Assembly: GCF_006345805.1 (NCBI RefSeq)
Contig: NC_043000.1
Location: forward strand, 139,190,001 to 139,254,000
Reading direction: 5' to 3'
DNA length: 64,000 nt
Source: Octopus sinensis
Taxonomy: Eukaryota
Both the position numbers and the translations under genes were made by a program. The stretch's first letter is position 1; the number at the start of each line of letters is the position of its first letter. The notes below the pieces were generated by a model that saw only the letters and a program-made list of their open reading frames with translations, had not been told where the DNA came from and did not search any database. Below are positions 49,466 through 62,845 of the stretch, piece by piece.

Positions 49466-51797
49466 TCTCTAGTTTCAGCTCAGAGCTGCAGCCATACATA
49501 CACACACACACGCACATATATATACACATATATATTACTTATACTTGCTCATTTAAAATCAACAATAAGATCAAAACATGCTTGTTATTTTCACCAATTG
49601 ATTTTGAAAACAAGCTCCACTCCTACTGCATCAACTTTATTTTCCAAAAATTTCAATTAACTGATTTTATTGGAGTTATCTCCCATATTCAATTTTGTTT
49701 TATAGATATGAAACACTCCTAGAGAAAGCTTACATCTATAGAATGACTGCATGAATAATCCCAGTTAATAGAAATGTTTCAACTAAGTCTATTACACATG
49801 TGAGACCCTACCATACATAAAAATCGAACAATGGCTGTGTACACTATTCGCTTTTTACTTACTCCTTCTTCAAGCCTCTTGTATTTAAATTTTATTTTCA
49901 TTTTAAATTTTATTTCAAGTTTCAATGTGGATTTTTTAAAAAAAACAACTTTTGTTGTTATCATCGCTTGCTTTATCTTTACGATATATTTTTTGTGTCT
50001 ACCTACCTTGTTTGTCATCACATCTCCTCCACATTTTCCCCTTCTTTTCTTTTCTCATCACCATTTTCTCAACCTCTCAATTCTTCTATTTTTATTTATC
50101 CACTTTATTCTTGTCCATCATTTTTCAACCATTTACAGTCTATTCTTACCCCTTCAATAATTTCTATTCTTTTTTCTTTCTCTTTTTTTAATTTTCTGAC
50201 TGATCATCCCCAGTCCATTATTATTAAACTTCTTGCTTTTCGTTAAATTTTTATCCTCCTTTACTTCACTTTTCCATTTATCTGCTAATTTTTTATTTCT
50301 ATTCTTTAAATTTCTTTTTTTACATTTCTATATTAGTCTTATCTTCCATTGGTTGATGTCTTTGGTATGGTTTTCTTCTTGTTCTCTTTCACTTAAATTG
50401 ACTTATTTCATTTTTATTTTCTTTCTTTCAATGTTTTTCTTCTTCGTATCATCCCGCATCACATCTCTTCCCTAACTGTCTTACTATTTGAAATGTTTTT
50501 CTCCCTTCCTCTAACATATGTACACATATGACTGCTCCTCAATAAATTCACTTACATAAAGGAATAATTGAATCAATGCAGAAGTGTGCGAGCTGATTGT
50601 GTCTGTCCATCTATGTATGTGTGCATGTGTGCACATGTGTGTGAGAGAGAGAGAGAGGAGGGATGAAAAGAGCATTTAGAAGTGATAGCATGTGTAGATG
50701 TGTGTTTGTGTATGTGTATGTGTGGTTGTGTATATGTGTAAAAGTAAGAGAGAAACAGAGATAGGAAGAGAGAGAGGGGAAGACAGAGAGAGTTAGAGTG
50801 CTTAAGTGATTGAAAAAGGGAGTGAGAATACTAGTTTGCCTGAGAGAGAGAGAGAGAGGATTGTGCGTGTTTATGTTTACCATGTGTGTATATTTATATA
50901 TGGATGCATGTTCATGCGTATGTCTCTGTGAGTGGCAGTATAATTGCCAAAGTGAGTATTGCTATGTGCAAAAATGTGTATGTATGTGTTGCCCTCTACT
51001 GATTTGTGCATATGTAATTTTTAGCACTTGCATGCATCCATAGGATTTAGTGAATTGTATTTGTGTTAGTAAAAATGAGTGGCCAAATGTTTAGCAAAGA
51101 ATTCTTGAACAGTAAAAAGAGTATGAGAGAGAAATAGTAAATGTAAGCAAGTACATGTGTGTATATGTATGTACATATGTGTATCTGTATGTATGTTTGT
51201 GTGTATATATGTGTGTATATGTCATGTGTATGTCAGGTCACTTTTAGTGCTACTGGTAACATGTAACCCAGTAATGGATATTACCAGTTTTAACTATGTT
51301 TAACTGTTCAAGTATACAGATTAGTTTACTCTCCTCATAAGAAAGAAAAATTATTTTATGTTTGACTATGAGACCCAACTGCTTTTTTCCCCATGGAATT
51401 ACATTCACTTCTAAGAAGTATTATAAAACATCCAAAACTGTAGTCTGTTCAAAATCTATGTAACTAAGAATATATCAATTACATTCCCCAAGACCTCAAC
51501 ACACATGAAAGTTATATATGCTTTGAAACATAAAAATGCTTCGGTGCACTGACTTCTTTTATACTGCAATAATGTGTTAATATATTCATAATATCTTGAT
51601 CAAGATTTGGGTCTTTAATTAATTTATACTATTTTTTACTGCATTGATTGATGTCAGTTGCTTTTGAAGTGACCTTTACAAAATAGATGATAATGTTCTT
51701 GCAAACTCTCCCCCATCCTTTGACTGAAACACCAATCCCAACAAAATATCTGTATATCTATTCAAAATGATTTATTTTGATAATTTCAGTATATATA

Positions 51798-52022
51798 CAA
51801 GAATCCCTCACATAACAGACATGCTGCATTCCAGAAAAACCTGTTATAACATATAATGCTATATATAATTCTATAACATGAAATGAATTTCCTATCGGAT
51901 TCTATATTCATTGACTTGCATGTTACATGGAAACCAACAGAAAATAGGTTTCACATTATGGGATTTCATGTTATAGAAAAATTTACGGGCAGGCAACATT
52001 TCTGCAACATGTGGGATACATG
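51798..52022. mobile_element. Degenerate pogo/Tigger-like MITE
   Basis: TA|CAAGAATCCC.. / ..GGGATACATG|TA ends. Internal inverted repeat TTCTATAACATGAAAT / ATTTCATGTTATAGAA. Confidence 0.4.
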
Positions 52023-53438
52023 TAACTGAGTCTATATATTTTGGTTTGTCTTCCCCCACTTTAATAGTACAATTTTTTCTGTTTGAGGATTTATCGTCTT
52101 TGGTATCTTAGTTGTTTAAGTCCACATTTTCTTCTTAACATATATACTTACATTTGGTACATATGAACGCAATACAGAATTTTATTAGCTTGGTGAGTGG
52201 GATTTGAGCTTGATGACTTACTTCAGGTTACTTAATCTCCTGAAATATAGACAAATAAACAAAAATATCTAAAGGTCAGTACATAAAAATAGAAATATCA
52301 AACGCATAAAACTAAAGGTTGATACTATAGTGTCTTTGATGTTATGTCCATATATTTCTGATTGATGTTTGGCATACTAGTCTTTTCTCGTGCTCTAGTG
52401 ACAAATGGCAAACAGTCTGTAACCACCTGTGGGATAACGCTTTATTTTAGATTTCTCTAGACTTTGAATATCTCTTATAATCATTATAAGGATGCTACTA
52501 TGTGTAAAATAATTCTCTTTTTCAGCTTTCTGTTCATCTAAAATATCTAGTGACTTGTTGAAAGCAACATATCTCAATGGATGAAGATTAATCTTTAGAT
52601 TTGTATGTTATCTTAGAATTTGAACAGTTTAGAGAAAGAGGAAAAAAATTGTAGTTATTCCCCAAGTAGAGAACAAATCAGAATTTTATATTTAATAGCT
52701 TAATATTCTCTTTTTAGATTTTCCCAACTCAATTTTGCTTTTAAAATTTCTTAAAAGAGATTTTACTTATACATCTTCCCATAAAAAAGAAATGACATCT
52801 ATTTTCTGAATTACAGTGAAAGGATCAACTTTTGTTTTATTTCTACAGCCATTTTGAAAATGAAAAGATAACAAAATGTACAAGGATTTAAAAACAGTTA
52901 TAGCGTTATTCTAGATTCTAGAATTCTCTACTTAAGCCATCAGCCAAATATATAAATATATGTTTCCAGACAAACACACACACACACAGAGTAGGTGTTG
53001 AAAAGGGCCTGGCCTTGGGTAAAAGAAAATACAGGAGGATCATTATAATCTTATTCAACATACTCCCCTTACTTCCAACCAATATATATATATATGTATA
53101 TATCTTATATACATATATATATATTATTAATTTTGCCTTTTGCTGCGAATAGTGGTGGTATTTTGAGAGTACTATCCCTCTCATGTTTACTTATAAATAA
53201 TTTCACGTATTTGGTTTGCATAAGTGGTGTTTTGCCACTTCAAACGAATTTGCAAGCATGGTAGGGGCAAAATTTTGTTGACTGGCAGGTTTGGCTGACA
53301 AGAATCAGGCATTGTTTGGCACTAAATTTGAAATCATGGTATCAAACTAACCAACATTATTTTTGCTGACCTAGCAGAGGTAAGAGGATTTTATTGTCCA
53401 CTACGAACCTAATTTGGAAACTTACCATATATATATAT

Positions 53439-53744
53439 ATTGTTGTATTTCAGAATGGTCATTTTGCCAGTTTAGCCAATAAAAACACATGCACTATATA
53501 TTTGGTGTTACTTTGCTTCAGTGTTATTTATTTTTTACATTAATCTTAATCTTATTTCGGCCAGAGTTCTTTTGTCACACTCCTGTGACCGCATCAGTGG
53601 TCCTTTGTTTTCTTCTTTCTTATTTGTTTGTCTCTCCTTACCAACCGTCAGCCATTTTGTATTTATTGGCTAAACTGGCAAAATGACCATTCCGAAATAC
53701 AACAATGTCTGTTTCAACACACGATTTCACATAAAATATCTTGC

Positions 53745-53752
<8 letters not shown>
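53439..53752. mobile_element. Short foldback copy of the 42484-44156 family
   Basis: Same sequence family and same tail. Arms 53439-53483 / 53662-53706, flanked by (TA)n. Confidence 0.88.
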
Positions 53753-53784
<32 letters not shown>

Positions 53785-53917
53785 TGTATATCATGTTAGC
53801 ATGGAAAACGGACGTTAAACGATGATGATGATATATATTTATATATAATTTTATTTGTTAGGGAATAAAAATTCTGGCATAACAGGGGTTCCAATTATTC
53901 TCAATGAAGAAATATAG

Positions 53918-54013
53918 GGTTCTGATGATTGGGGTTATATTTTAAGAATAGTTCCAGTAAAATATGGAGTGGTTTAGGAACCGGGAAATGTACCTCATGA
54001 AACACGTGTAGCC
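53918..54013 (+). ncRNA. Type I HHR-like motif with long stem II
   Basis: GGTT-CTGATGA-T-TGGGGT..ACCTCA-T-GAAA-CACGTG-T-AGCC with palindromic ACACGTGT. The cassette is flanked by (TA)n. Confidence 0.6.
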
Positions 54014-54105
54014 AAGTTATAAAGTAGTAGGTATTTAAAATAAAAATTCTTTTTTATATGGTGAGATGAAGGGGCCTACTATCTCTAAATGAAAATATAT
54101 ATTTG

Positions 54106-54146
<41 letters not shown>

Positions 54147-54191
54147 AAACAAGTCAAGATAGAAAATGCTAAAATAATTTTATAAAGAACA

Positions 54192-54235
54192 TTTCAGTAC
54201 CGGTTTCGATCATTTTGAGACCTTTTCAACTGTAA
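54192..54235 (-). ncRNA. Minimal type I HHR with U3-A8 core
   Basis: Minus strand: TTACAG-TTGAAAA-GGTC-TCAAAAT-GATC-GAAA-CCGGT-A-CTGAAA. Palindromic ACCGGT and a GUA triplet. Confidence 0.72.
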
Positions 54236-54574
54236 CGATTAAATAATTAAATTTAGAAAAATTAAAAGAAAAGTTTTTTAAAGGAATATTTGTATAGTGT
54301 TAAAATATAAGGGGCATTTTTCTTGTTTCTGCCTTTCTCTGTCTCTCTTGTTTGCACTTGTGTGTATATATATACACACACACACATAAATAGATACATA
54401 TATTTGTATATATAAATATTTGTGTATATATATATTTATGTATATATATATACATATATATGTACTGAATATATATATTTGTGTGTGTGTATATATATAT
54501 ATGTCTATATGTACATTAGTATATATATGTCTTTATATCTGTCTTTGTATCTATCTATGTATCTCTCTCTCTCT

Positions 54575-54603
<29 letters not shown>

Positions 54604-54614
<11 letters not shown>

Positions 54615-54812
54615 AAAGGGCTTAGTAAAATAAATTACTTTGCCGCATACTGAACTCAGTATGCGAGTTCAGTATGCGGCAAAGTAATTTATTTTACTAA
54701 GCCCTTTTATATAATATAATAATTTGAATTTGCCTTAAATGGTCCCTTTGCATACTGAATACTTGGTGAAATTGATTAATTAATTAATTAATTTTACCCT
54801 CAATTGTTGAAA
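54604..54812. repeat. Perfect hairpin with 54-bp arms plus tail in (TA)n
   Basis: 54604-54657 is the exact reverse complement of 54665-54718, with 7-nt loop AGTATGC. Confidence 0.93.
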
Positions 54813-55550
54813 TATATATATATATATTTAACAAAAAAAAGAAAATGGAGAATACATACAGAGGATGACCAATTCATTGTCAGAGTTCAGTCGAATTAAT
54901 GAGTTCATTCCTATTGCCTATGCTGCATTTTGTTTGATTGCTCTTATCCATATTTACACATTTAAAGTGCATTAAGAAATTGAGAAAAATGCAAAAAATC
55001 TTCCTCAGAATAAATTGACTGATATTTTTCACATCCTAATGGATGGAGAGTTTATTCCTATTGAATTGTAGTATGTGTGTCTGGGATTCTTTTCTAAAAA
55101 TAGGTAAAGGTTGATTTTGACCTTACTGGACCACAGATATGCACAGTTCAGAAGAAGTAGGTCATGTTACTATTCACTCTTTTGGTAGCGCCAATTAACC
55201 ATTTACAAGTCAGCCATTATCTTTCAACCTATTCAGTATGTCCATAATGCATTCCTCTTCATCCTTATTCCACACTTTTGGCCAAATTTATTAAATGCTT
55301 AAGCTTACAAACTTGCCCTTACTATTCATACTAATCAGAATGTCTGTAACATATTCCTCTATGCTCTAATTATTGATAAGACAAATTTAGTTACATACCC
55401 AATTGTTATTTTCATTTATTTATTTTATATCAACACAATTATTTACTTATATTTCATACAAGTTATATTAGTTACTATTAAATATAATCTATATTAGTTG
55501 ATAGTTTTATATACTCTATATTAGTTGAGAGTATTTAATTTATAGTATAG

Positions 55551-55739
55551 GGGCACGTAAAAAGCACCCACAACACTCACGGAGTGGTTGGCGTTAGGAA
55601 GGGCATCCAGCTGTAGAAACATTGCCAGATAAGACTGGAGCCTGGTGCAGCCTTCTGGCTTCCCAGATCCCCGGTCGAACCGTCCAACCCATGCTAGCAT
55701 GGAGAACGGACGTTAAACGATGATGATGATGATGATGAT
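55551..55739 (+). mobile_element. Short RTE 3' end with (GAT)n tail
   Basis: Terminal 3' UTR of the RTE family. TATAGGGGCA recurs at both junctions (TSD-like). Confidence 0.85.
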
Positions 55740-56123
55740 ATAGGGGCATGATTCATAGGTATTATATACACAGTGTTTATTTTAACCAAATCTTTTAAAC
55801 TTTATTGAAAGTATATTTAACTTTATCAACTATTCTTAGCTATTATTATGTATTATTTACACAGTGCTTATTTAATCATATCTATTTAAATTTATTGAAT
55901 GTATATTTAACTTTTTGAACACAACAGTTCCTCTTTCTCTCTTGTTGATTAATTTGCATTTTGATGTAAGGATCTGGTAAATTTCCTTGACACAAATTTT
56001 ACATCTTTTGTTCCCAGTGCTATAAGATTTGCTTGGCTATTATTTCCCTTGATATAGTGCTAAACTAGTGTATGCTTGGATAATATATCCATAGGAAAGA
56101 ACAATTTCTTTCCATACAGAATC

Positions 56124-56203
<80 letters not shown>

Positions 56204-56211
56204 TATATATA

Positions 56212-56593
56212 TCTATATATAAACGGCAGTTTGTCTGTGCGTGTTTCTGTGTGTCTGTTTGCTTGTACCCTCACCCTGATCACGGCTTTCAACCGATTCT
56301 GATGAAACTTGACACACACATAGCCCAATGTCATAATTCAAAACTAACGCAGCCAAAATTTTGAAAAGTTTCCCCAGTTCTGAAAAAAATCGATAAATTC
56401 GACATGGGGTCGAGAATCAGAAACACGAACCACAAACTGTCTAGGGGACGCAACTCCATCCTTTTTTAACTCTCAAAAAAAAATTTACCATCATTTTTTT
56501 CCATTTTTTTGCTATTTTTTGGCTATAACTCTCTAAAAATGCTTTATAGTTATTTCCCTTACAAACCTGAGCAACGCCGGGCGATACTGCTAG
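56212..56593 (+). mobile_element. Non-autonomous Helitron
   Basis: A|TCTATATATAAA ... CCTGAGCAACGCCGGGCGATACTGCTAG|T. The last 120 bp or so are shared with 9070-9449. Confidence 0.85.
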
Positions 56594-57068
56594 TATATAT
56601 ATATATATATATATATATCAGCAAACACTTGAGTAAATAATTGAATTCAGCAAAATTATATCCATCTGTAAATCAGATATATGTGATTAATCCAAGGCCA
56701 ATACTGATTGAGCTGACTAATGCTCAAAAGTGTTTCAGCCTTGACATACTTATTATTGTATCAGTGATTACTCTCTCCAAAATCTTCATAATTTTTAAAA
56801 TTGTAAGATGTGTTTTGAGAGAAATATTTTTGTTTCTTTTGCTAATTAAGTGGCCATGCCAAGGTTCCTCCATATTTCCAATCTTAGGTTTTTGTAATTG
56901 TTGTTATTTAATGTCTATTTTTCATACAGGTATGGATTGTAATTTCTTATGAATATGTATGTAAATACTAATTGCATTCCCTACTTTTCTGCATGTAATC
57001 AACTTACTCTTCCCCCAAATTGCTGCCATTGTGGCAAAATTTGAAACCATAATAACAATAATAATACA

Positions 57069-57118
<50 letters not shown>

Positions 57119-57175
57119 TAACAATAATAACAATAATAATAATAATAATAATAATAATGATTATTATTATTATTT

Positions 57176-57611
57176 TATGTTTGACTTTTGCTATTTTGAT
57201 ATGTACAAGTTGGCTCCAAGTATCACCCAGAGGCCTCAGGAGACAACAAGTTGGAAGTTCATGTTGGTATTATGCCTAGGGTGCCATATATTTGGTTTTG
57301 TGCATAGTGTTGTTCTAGGGAATGTTTGAGAAACCATAAGAAAATTATGTGGTTTTTTAAAACTTGAGATTATGTAGAAAGTATTTTGCATAGGATATGA
57401 GCAGTTCCCATGAGCACTATCTTTTGAATTTCTGCCATTTTGGGGTTTCCTGGTATTTGAGCTAGGTAGCAATCAGCTCCTTTTGCTATCATTCCCAGGG
57501 CACCTATGTCAACAGGTATTGTTTTAGTCTTCAGGTTCCACATTTTGCTAATTTTTATTTCAAGACCTTTATACTTGCTCATTATTATTATTATTATTAG
57601 TAGTAGTAGTA

Positions 57612-57644
<33 letters not shown>

Positions 57645-57702
57645 AGTAGTAGTAGTAGTAGTAATGAGAGAACAGTGCATGGCATCAAAGTGACACAGGG
57701 GT
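57176..57702 (-). mobile_element. RLE LINE-derived bipartite element, copy A
   Basis: ORF 57370-57582 SKYKGLEIKISKMWNLKTKTIPVDIGALG...IQKIVLMGTAHIL (RLE C-terminus), then a microsatellite and about 38 bp of the upstream module. Confidence 0.85.
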
Positions 57703-57715
57703 TTCATTTTTCAAT

Positions 57716-58136
57716 TTATTTCCATTTCTTGCCGAGTGTCTTCCCAACACCTACGGCAAAGAAACTATATATTGATAGGCCATGAAAATGAATACACCAG
57801 ATTGTATATTTACAAATTCCGAAAAAATGATATAGAAAACGAATATTTGCCTGGAAGTTTATCATTCTCACATTGACAATGCTCTTCTCAATATGTGTGA
57901 TATACCAGTTAAAACAAATATTTTGCACTTCTCACAGGAATGGTAAGCCAGGGGTCATTCTCAGATAACTTTTAATTCCTTGTAATATCATTCATAGTAT
58001 TCCTACAATCATTAGTATTGTAACCACCTTGAGATACCATATGTTGCTTTGAGTTCAACGACCTGATCTTTATATTTTCTGAGCTTGTTAAATTCTTGTT
58101 TGCTACAATATTGTGATCAAAAGAGACATTCAAGTA
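57716..58136 (-). mobile_element. Degenerate RLE LINE 3' end, second family
   Basis: Homologous to 62846-63347 (TCCATTTCTTGCCGAGTGTCTTCC; GACAATGCTCTTCTCAATA). Confidence 0.75.
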
Positions 58137-58138
58137 AC

Positions 58139-58180
<42 letters not shown>

Positions 58181-58182
58181 GT

Positions 58183-59168
58183 TATGTTTGACATTTGCTT
58201 TACATTTGTACATGTTGGCTCCAAGTCTCACCCAGAGACCTCAAGAGACAACAAGTTGGAAGTTCATGCTGGTGTTATGCCTAAGGTGCCATATATTCGG
58301 TTTTGTACATAGTGTTGTTCTAGAGAATATTTAAGAAACCATAAGAAAATTATGTTTGTTTTAAAACTTGAGATTACATAGACAGTATTTGGCGTAGGAT
58401 ATGAGCAGTTCCCATGAGCACTATCTTTTGAATTTCTGCCATTTTGGGGTTTCCTGGTATCTGAGCTAGGTAGCAATCAGCCCCTTTTGCTATCATTCCC
58501 AGGGCACCTATGACCACAGGTATTGTTTTAGTCTTCAGGTTCCACATTTTGCTAATTTCTATTTCAAGATCTTTATACTTGCTCATTATTATTATTATTA
58601 TTATTATTATTGAGTGAGAGAGCAGTGCATGCCATCAAAGTGACACTGGGGTAAAATATACGAAGCCCAATATACCCATCATGACTACCCGTCTGATAAA
58701 GGTACACCAGGCACATGCATCACAACCATATGTGCGCGACATGGTGATCTCATATCAAGATAAACAGCACATGACCTTGCAGGTGGGGCCCAGTTAGAAT
58801 TTTCTTCAGGTTGAGTAGCCCATCCCGCTCAAAAGGTCCCTGAATAAGGGTTGTTTAAGGATGTTGAAAGAACCACCCATGTTTCCAGAGGTGAACTATT
58901 CAAACCCCAAAGAATCCGTCTCAACACATGGCTATGATGCTCCCCCACTACTTCTGCTCGTGATCAGAGATGCACATATCGTCAGCCACTAAGGGACATG
59001 CTCAACTGGTTAAGGTCAAGCAACTGACAAGCAAATCTGTGGTATTGAGCAGAATATTTGCTGTAGCCCATCTTTTATACCAAGACAAAACAATGTACAT
59101 GATAACACTTCCAATCAGTTAAGATCAGAAGCCATGAGAGCCACTATCTGCTACTGCATCAGGGCATT
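58183..59168 (-). mobile_element. RLE LINE-derived bipartite element, copy B (longer copy)
   Basis: ORF 58374-58586 (RLE C-terminus), internal (TAT)n and a module of about 555 bp at 58612-59168. (TAT)n on both flanks. Confidence 0.85.
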
Positions 59169-59259
59169 TTATTATTATTATTATTATGATTATTATTATT
59201 ATCATCATCATTATTATTTATTATTATCATTATTATTTATTTATTATTATTATCATTAT

Positions 59260-59301
<42 letters not shown>

Positions 59302-59464
59302 TCTATTATTATGTCTATTATTATTATTATTATCATTATTCAGTAGTCTTATTTTTATCACGTGTTTTCACTGTAGTACTGAACCCAGCCTTGTGTGCCT
59401 TGGTTTTTTTGGTACTGTTATTTTCACTGTATTGAAAATGCCTATTATTATCATTATTATAGAA

Positions 59465-59680
59465 GGCAGCAAGCTGGCAGAATTGTTAGCATACTGGACA
59501 AAATGCTTACTGGTATTTTACCCATTTCTAAATTCTGAGTTCATATTCTGCTGAGGTCAACATTGCTTTCATCCTTTTGGGGTTGATAAATTAAGTACCA
59601 GCCAAGTACTGGGGTTGATGTGATCGACTATTCCCCTCCCAACAAATTTCAGGCTTTGTGCCTATAATAGAAAGGATTAT
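59465..59680 (+). mobile_element. SINE family 2-related copy
   Basis: GGCAGCAAGCTGGCAGAA...GCTTTCATCCTTTTGGGGTTGATAAATTAAGTACCAG. Confidence 0.75.
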
Positions 59681-60286
59681 CATCATTATTATTATTGTAA
59701 CTCTTGCTTCTTATATTAGTCACAGGAGCATGACAATGACCTACTTCCTAATTGAATTACTATGCAAGTGGTTGAATATTCCACAGATACATGAACCCAT
59801 AATGCAATTTTCAAGCAGAAACAAGGTTACACAGTGAACCTTTCAATTACAAGCACAATCATCCCAAATAACCTGTGCCCAGTTTTTGTCTTTTCCCTTT
59901 CACTCACAAGACTTGGGTTGACCCAAGGATGTAGTAAAAGGCATTACCTAAGTGATCGTATAGTAGGATTGAACCTGGGATCTCATGATTGTGAAGCAAA
60001 CTGCTTCACCCTCCAGCCTACTGTGTAAGTACATCAATTGTTCCAGTTTCTCTTAGCAAAGACAATTTGAGCTCAGACAATATTAACCACATCCCAATGT
60101 TCTATTTTTTAATCTACTACTTATTTTGCATTCCTGTTTTTTATTTTCTAAAATTTTAATATGGTCGTCTGTTTTATTTCCTTACACTTTCTTGCTCTAA
60201 TGAATGACAACATTATAAAAAAATGTCAAGTAGCCCAAGTATGTTTTTTTCTATGTGTGCATGCGCATGTGTGTGTGTGTGTATGC

Positions 60287-60390
60287 ATATATATATATAT
60301 ATTTATATATATATATATACATACATATATACATACATATACATATACATACATATATATATATACATATATATATGTATGTATATATAC

Positions 60391-60427
<37 letters not shown>

Positions 60428-60443
60428 CATATATATACATATA

Positions 60444-60485
<42 letters not shown>

Positions 60486-60745
60486 TATACATATATATAT
60501 GTATATATATATACATATATATGTATTTATGTATATATATATATATGTAAATGTATAACTACACATTATCATATAGCATGTGCCTACACATATATCTGTA
60601 TCTGTCTGTCTATCATATATATGTACAAACATATGTACACACATACATACATGTATATATATGTATATATATATATATATACATACATACATATATATAT
60701 ATATATGTATATTTACATACATATATATATATATATATATACATT
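60287..60745. repeat. Long degenerate (TA)n/(TATACA)n tract
   Basis: Directly visible. Source of the Y/I/H/T-rich spurious ORFs. Confidence 0.92.
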
Positions 60746-61529
60746 TAAATTCTAACCTAGATGTCATTTGCAAATGTTGTTAGTGGCAAAACTGAGATCA
60801 AAAATATAAACAACTCCTCCTTACACACGCGCACACACACACACACACACACACACAATACACACACGACAAAAGTATAAGCATAAAAGTAAAAAATAGA
60901 AATAGAACTGCCCAGAGTCTGTGTATTCAATTTCAAGTGTTAAGAAGAAATTAATGAAAATGGTGTGACAGGATAAACATAATGTTAAGATAGTTAGATA
61001 GATCATTTAAATATGAGTGGTTTTGTGGGGTGATGTGAGGTAGATTGTAAAGTCAAAAAATAAAAGAATAGAAATTGACGTGTTGATGGGATAGATAAAT
61101 ACAGAAAGCAAGGGTGGAGGATGAGGTTCATTGCATCAACAAAATTATAAAAGCTATAAAAGTACAGGATTGCGAAGGAAGAGGAGGAGGATGAAAAATA
61201 AGGAAAGGAAGAAGAAAAAAACGAAAAAAAGAGGATGTAGAATAAGAGAAGAAGGAAGAATAGGAGATTAGGGAAAGTAGAAGACAAGAGAGTAAGGCGA
61301 AGGAGAAGAAGAAGACAAAGAATAGAAGGAAGGAGTGGAAGAAAAAGATGAGGAAGAGAGAGGTTTGTATTTTGGTCAGATTAGAGCAGTAAGATAAACA
61401 GGGAGATGATAAAGGAAGGTGCTTCTTGTCCAGTCCACTTCACTTTTGAGTTAAATTCTGTTGGCCTTAGTCTGAACACATTTCTCAGCATCACCACAAC
61501 TCTACTGAACATTATTATTATTTTTATTA

Positions 61530-61568
<39 letters not shown>

Positions 61569-61951
61569 GGCGAGCTGGCAGAATCGTTAGCATGCTAGAT
61601 GAAATACTAAGCAGTATTTTGTCTGCCGCTACGTTCTGAGTTCAAATTCCGCCTAGGTCGACTTTGCCTTTCATCCTTTCAGGGTCGATTAAATAAGAAC
61701 CAGTTATGCACTAGGGTCGATATAATCGACTTAATCCGTTTGTCTGTCCTTTTTTGTCCTCTCTGTGTTTAGCCCCTTGTGGGTAGTAAAGAAATAGCTA
61801 TTTTTTCTGAATTCAAATTCTGCCGAGGTCGACTTTGTCTTTCATCCTTTCAGGACCGATAAAATAAGTACCACTTGAACACTGGGGTCAATGTAATCGA
61901 CTTGTCCCCACCTCCCCCAAGCTGTCCTTATGGCAAATTTGAAATAATAAC

Positions 61952-61991
<40 letters not shown>

Positions 61992-62240
61992 TTAAAAAAA
62001 TAATAATTATTATTATTATTATTGTTGTTGTTATACTTATCATTATTCAGTGCACTGCACAAAATGCTTGAAGGTATTTTGTCTGTCTCCATATACTGAG
62101 TTCATATTCTACTGAGGTCGACTTTGCCTTTTATCCTTTAGGGCTTGATAAATTAAGCACCAGTGAAACACTGGGGTTGATGTAATCAACTAGTCTCATC
62201 CCCCCAAATTTCAGACCTTGTGCCTTTACTAGATAGGAGT
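61569..62240 (+). mobile_element. Cluster of three SINE family 2 copies/fragments separated by (TAA)n
   Basis: The GTCGACTTTG.CTTT.ATCCTTT core recurs at about 61657, 61828 and 62117. Confidence 0.8.
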
Positions 62241-62529
62241 ATTATTATTGTTGTTGCTGTTGTTGCCATCATTATCATCATCATTGTCGTCTTCATCATC
62301 ATTATCATGATTATTATTATTATTATTATTATTATCATTATTATCATCATCATTATTATCATCATCATCATCATTATTATTTTTATTATCATCATCATTA
62401 TTATTATTTTAACTACTACACAAAAGCTATTATATTTCAGTATTTTCCCCTGTGGTTTGTTGACAACTCTCTTCAAATCTCGAAAATCTTTCATAGGATT
62501 CTTGTAGAATAAAAGATTGTACTTTTCTG

Positions 62530-62820
62530 TAGGCTGTCAATGCTTGTCTCAATTTTAGTAATCCTCAGCCTCTTACGTAGCATTTAGATATTGTATCAAA
62601 TTACGACAGGAATAGTTTTCACCTTTGTATAACACAATTTCTTCATCTCTTTAGCTAGGTCCTGATATTCCTCAGTTTTCTCAGCTTCCTACATTCTGTT
62701 ACAATATAGTATTACAAAGTCAATGACCTGCAGTGATTCATTCTGTCCTTCGTGCTCATATAAACACTTGCTTGAATATTATGATCCATCTCTTAGGAGA
62801 TATCCACTAAAATCACATAA
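62530..62820 (-). pseudogene. Old RLE LINE endonuclease remnant
   Basis: Minus strand reads LQVIDFVI..EAEKTEEYQDLAKEMKKLCYTKVKTIPVVI. Confidence 0.55.
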
Positions 62821-62845
62821 TCATCATTCATAATCACAGCCTCTT

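Noticed and set aside
49779-50475. Hydrophobic F/L/I-rich ORFs resembling membrane or mitochondrial proteins
   Set aside because: They reflect T-rich low-complexity composition, with no recognisable mitochondrial gene motifs.
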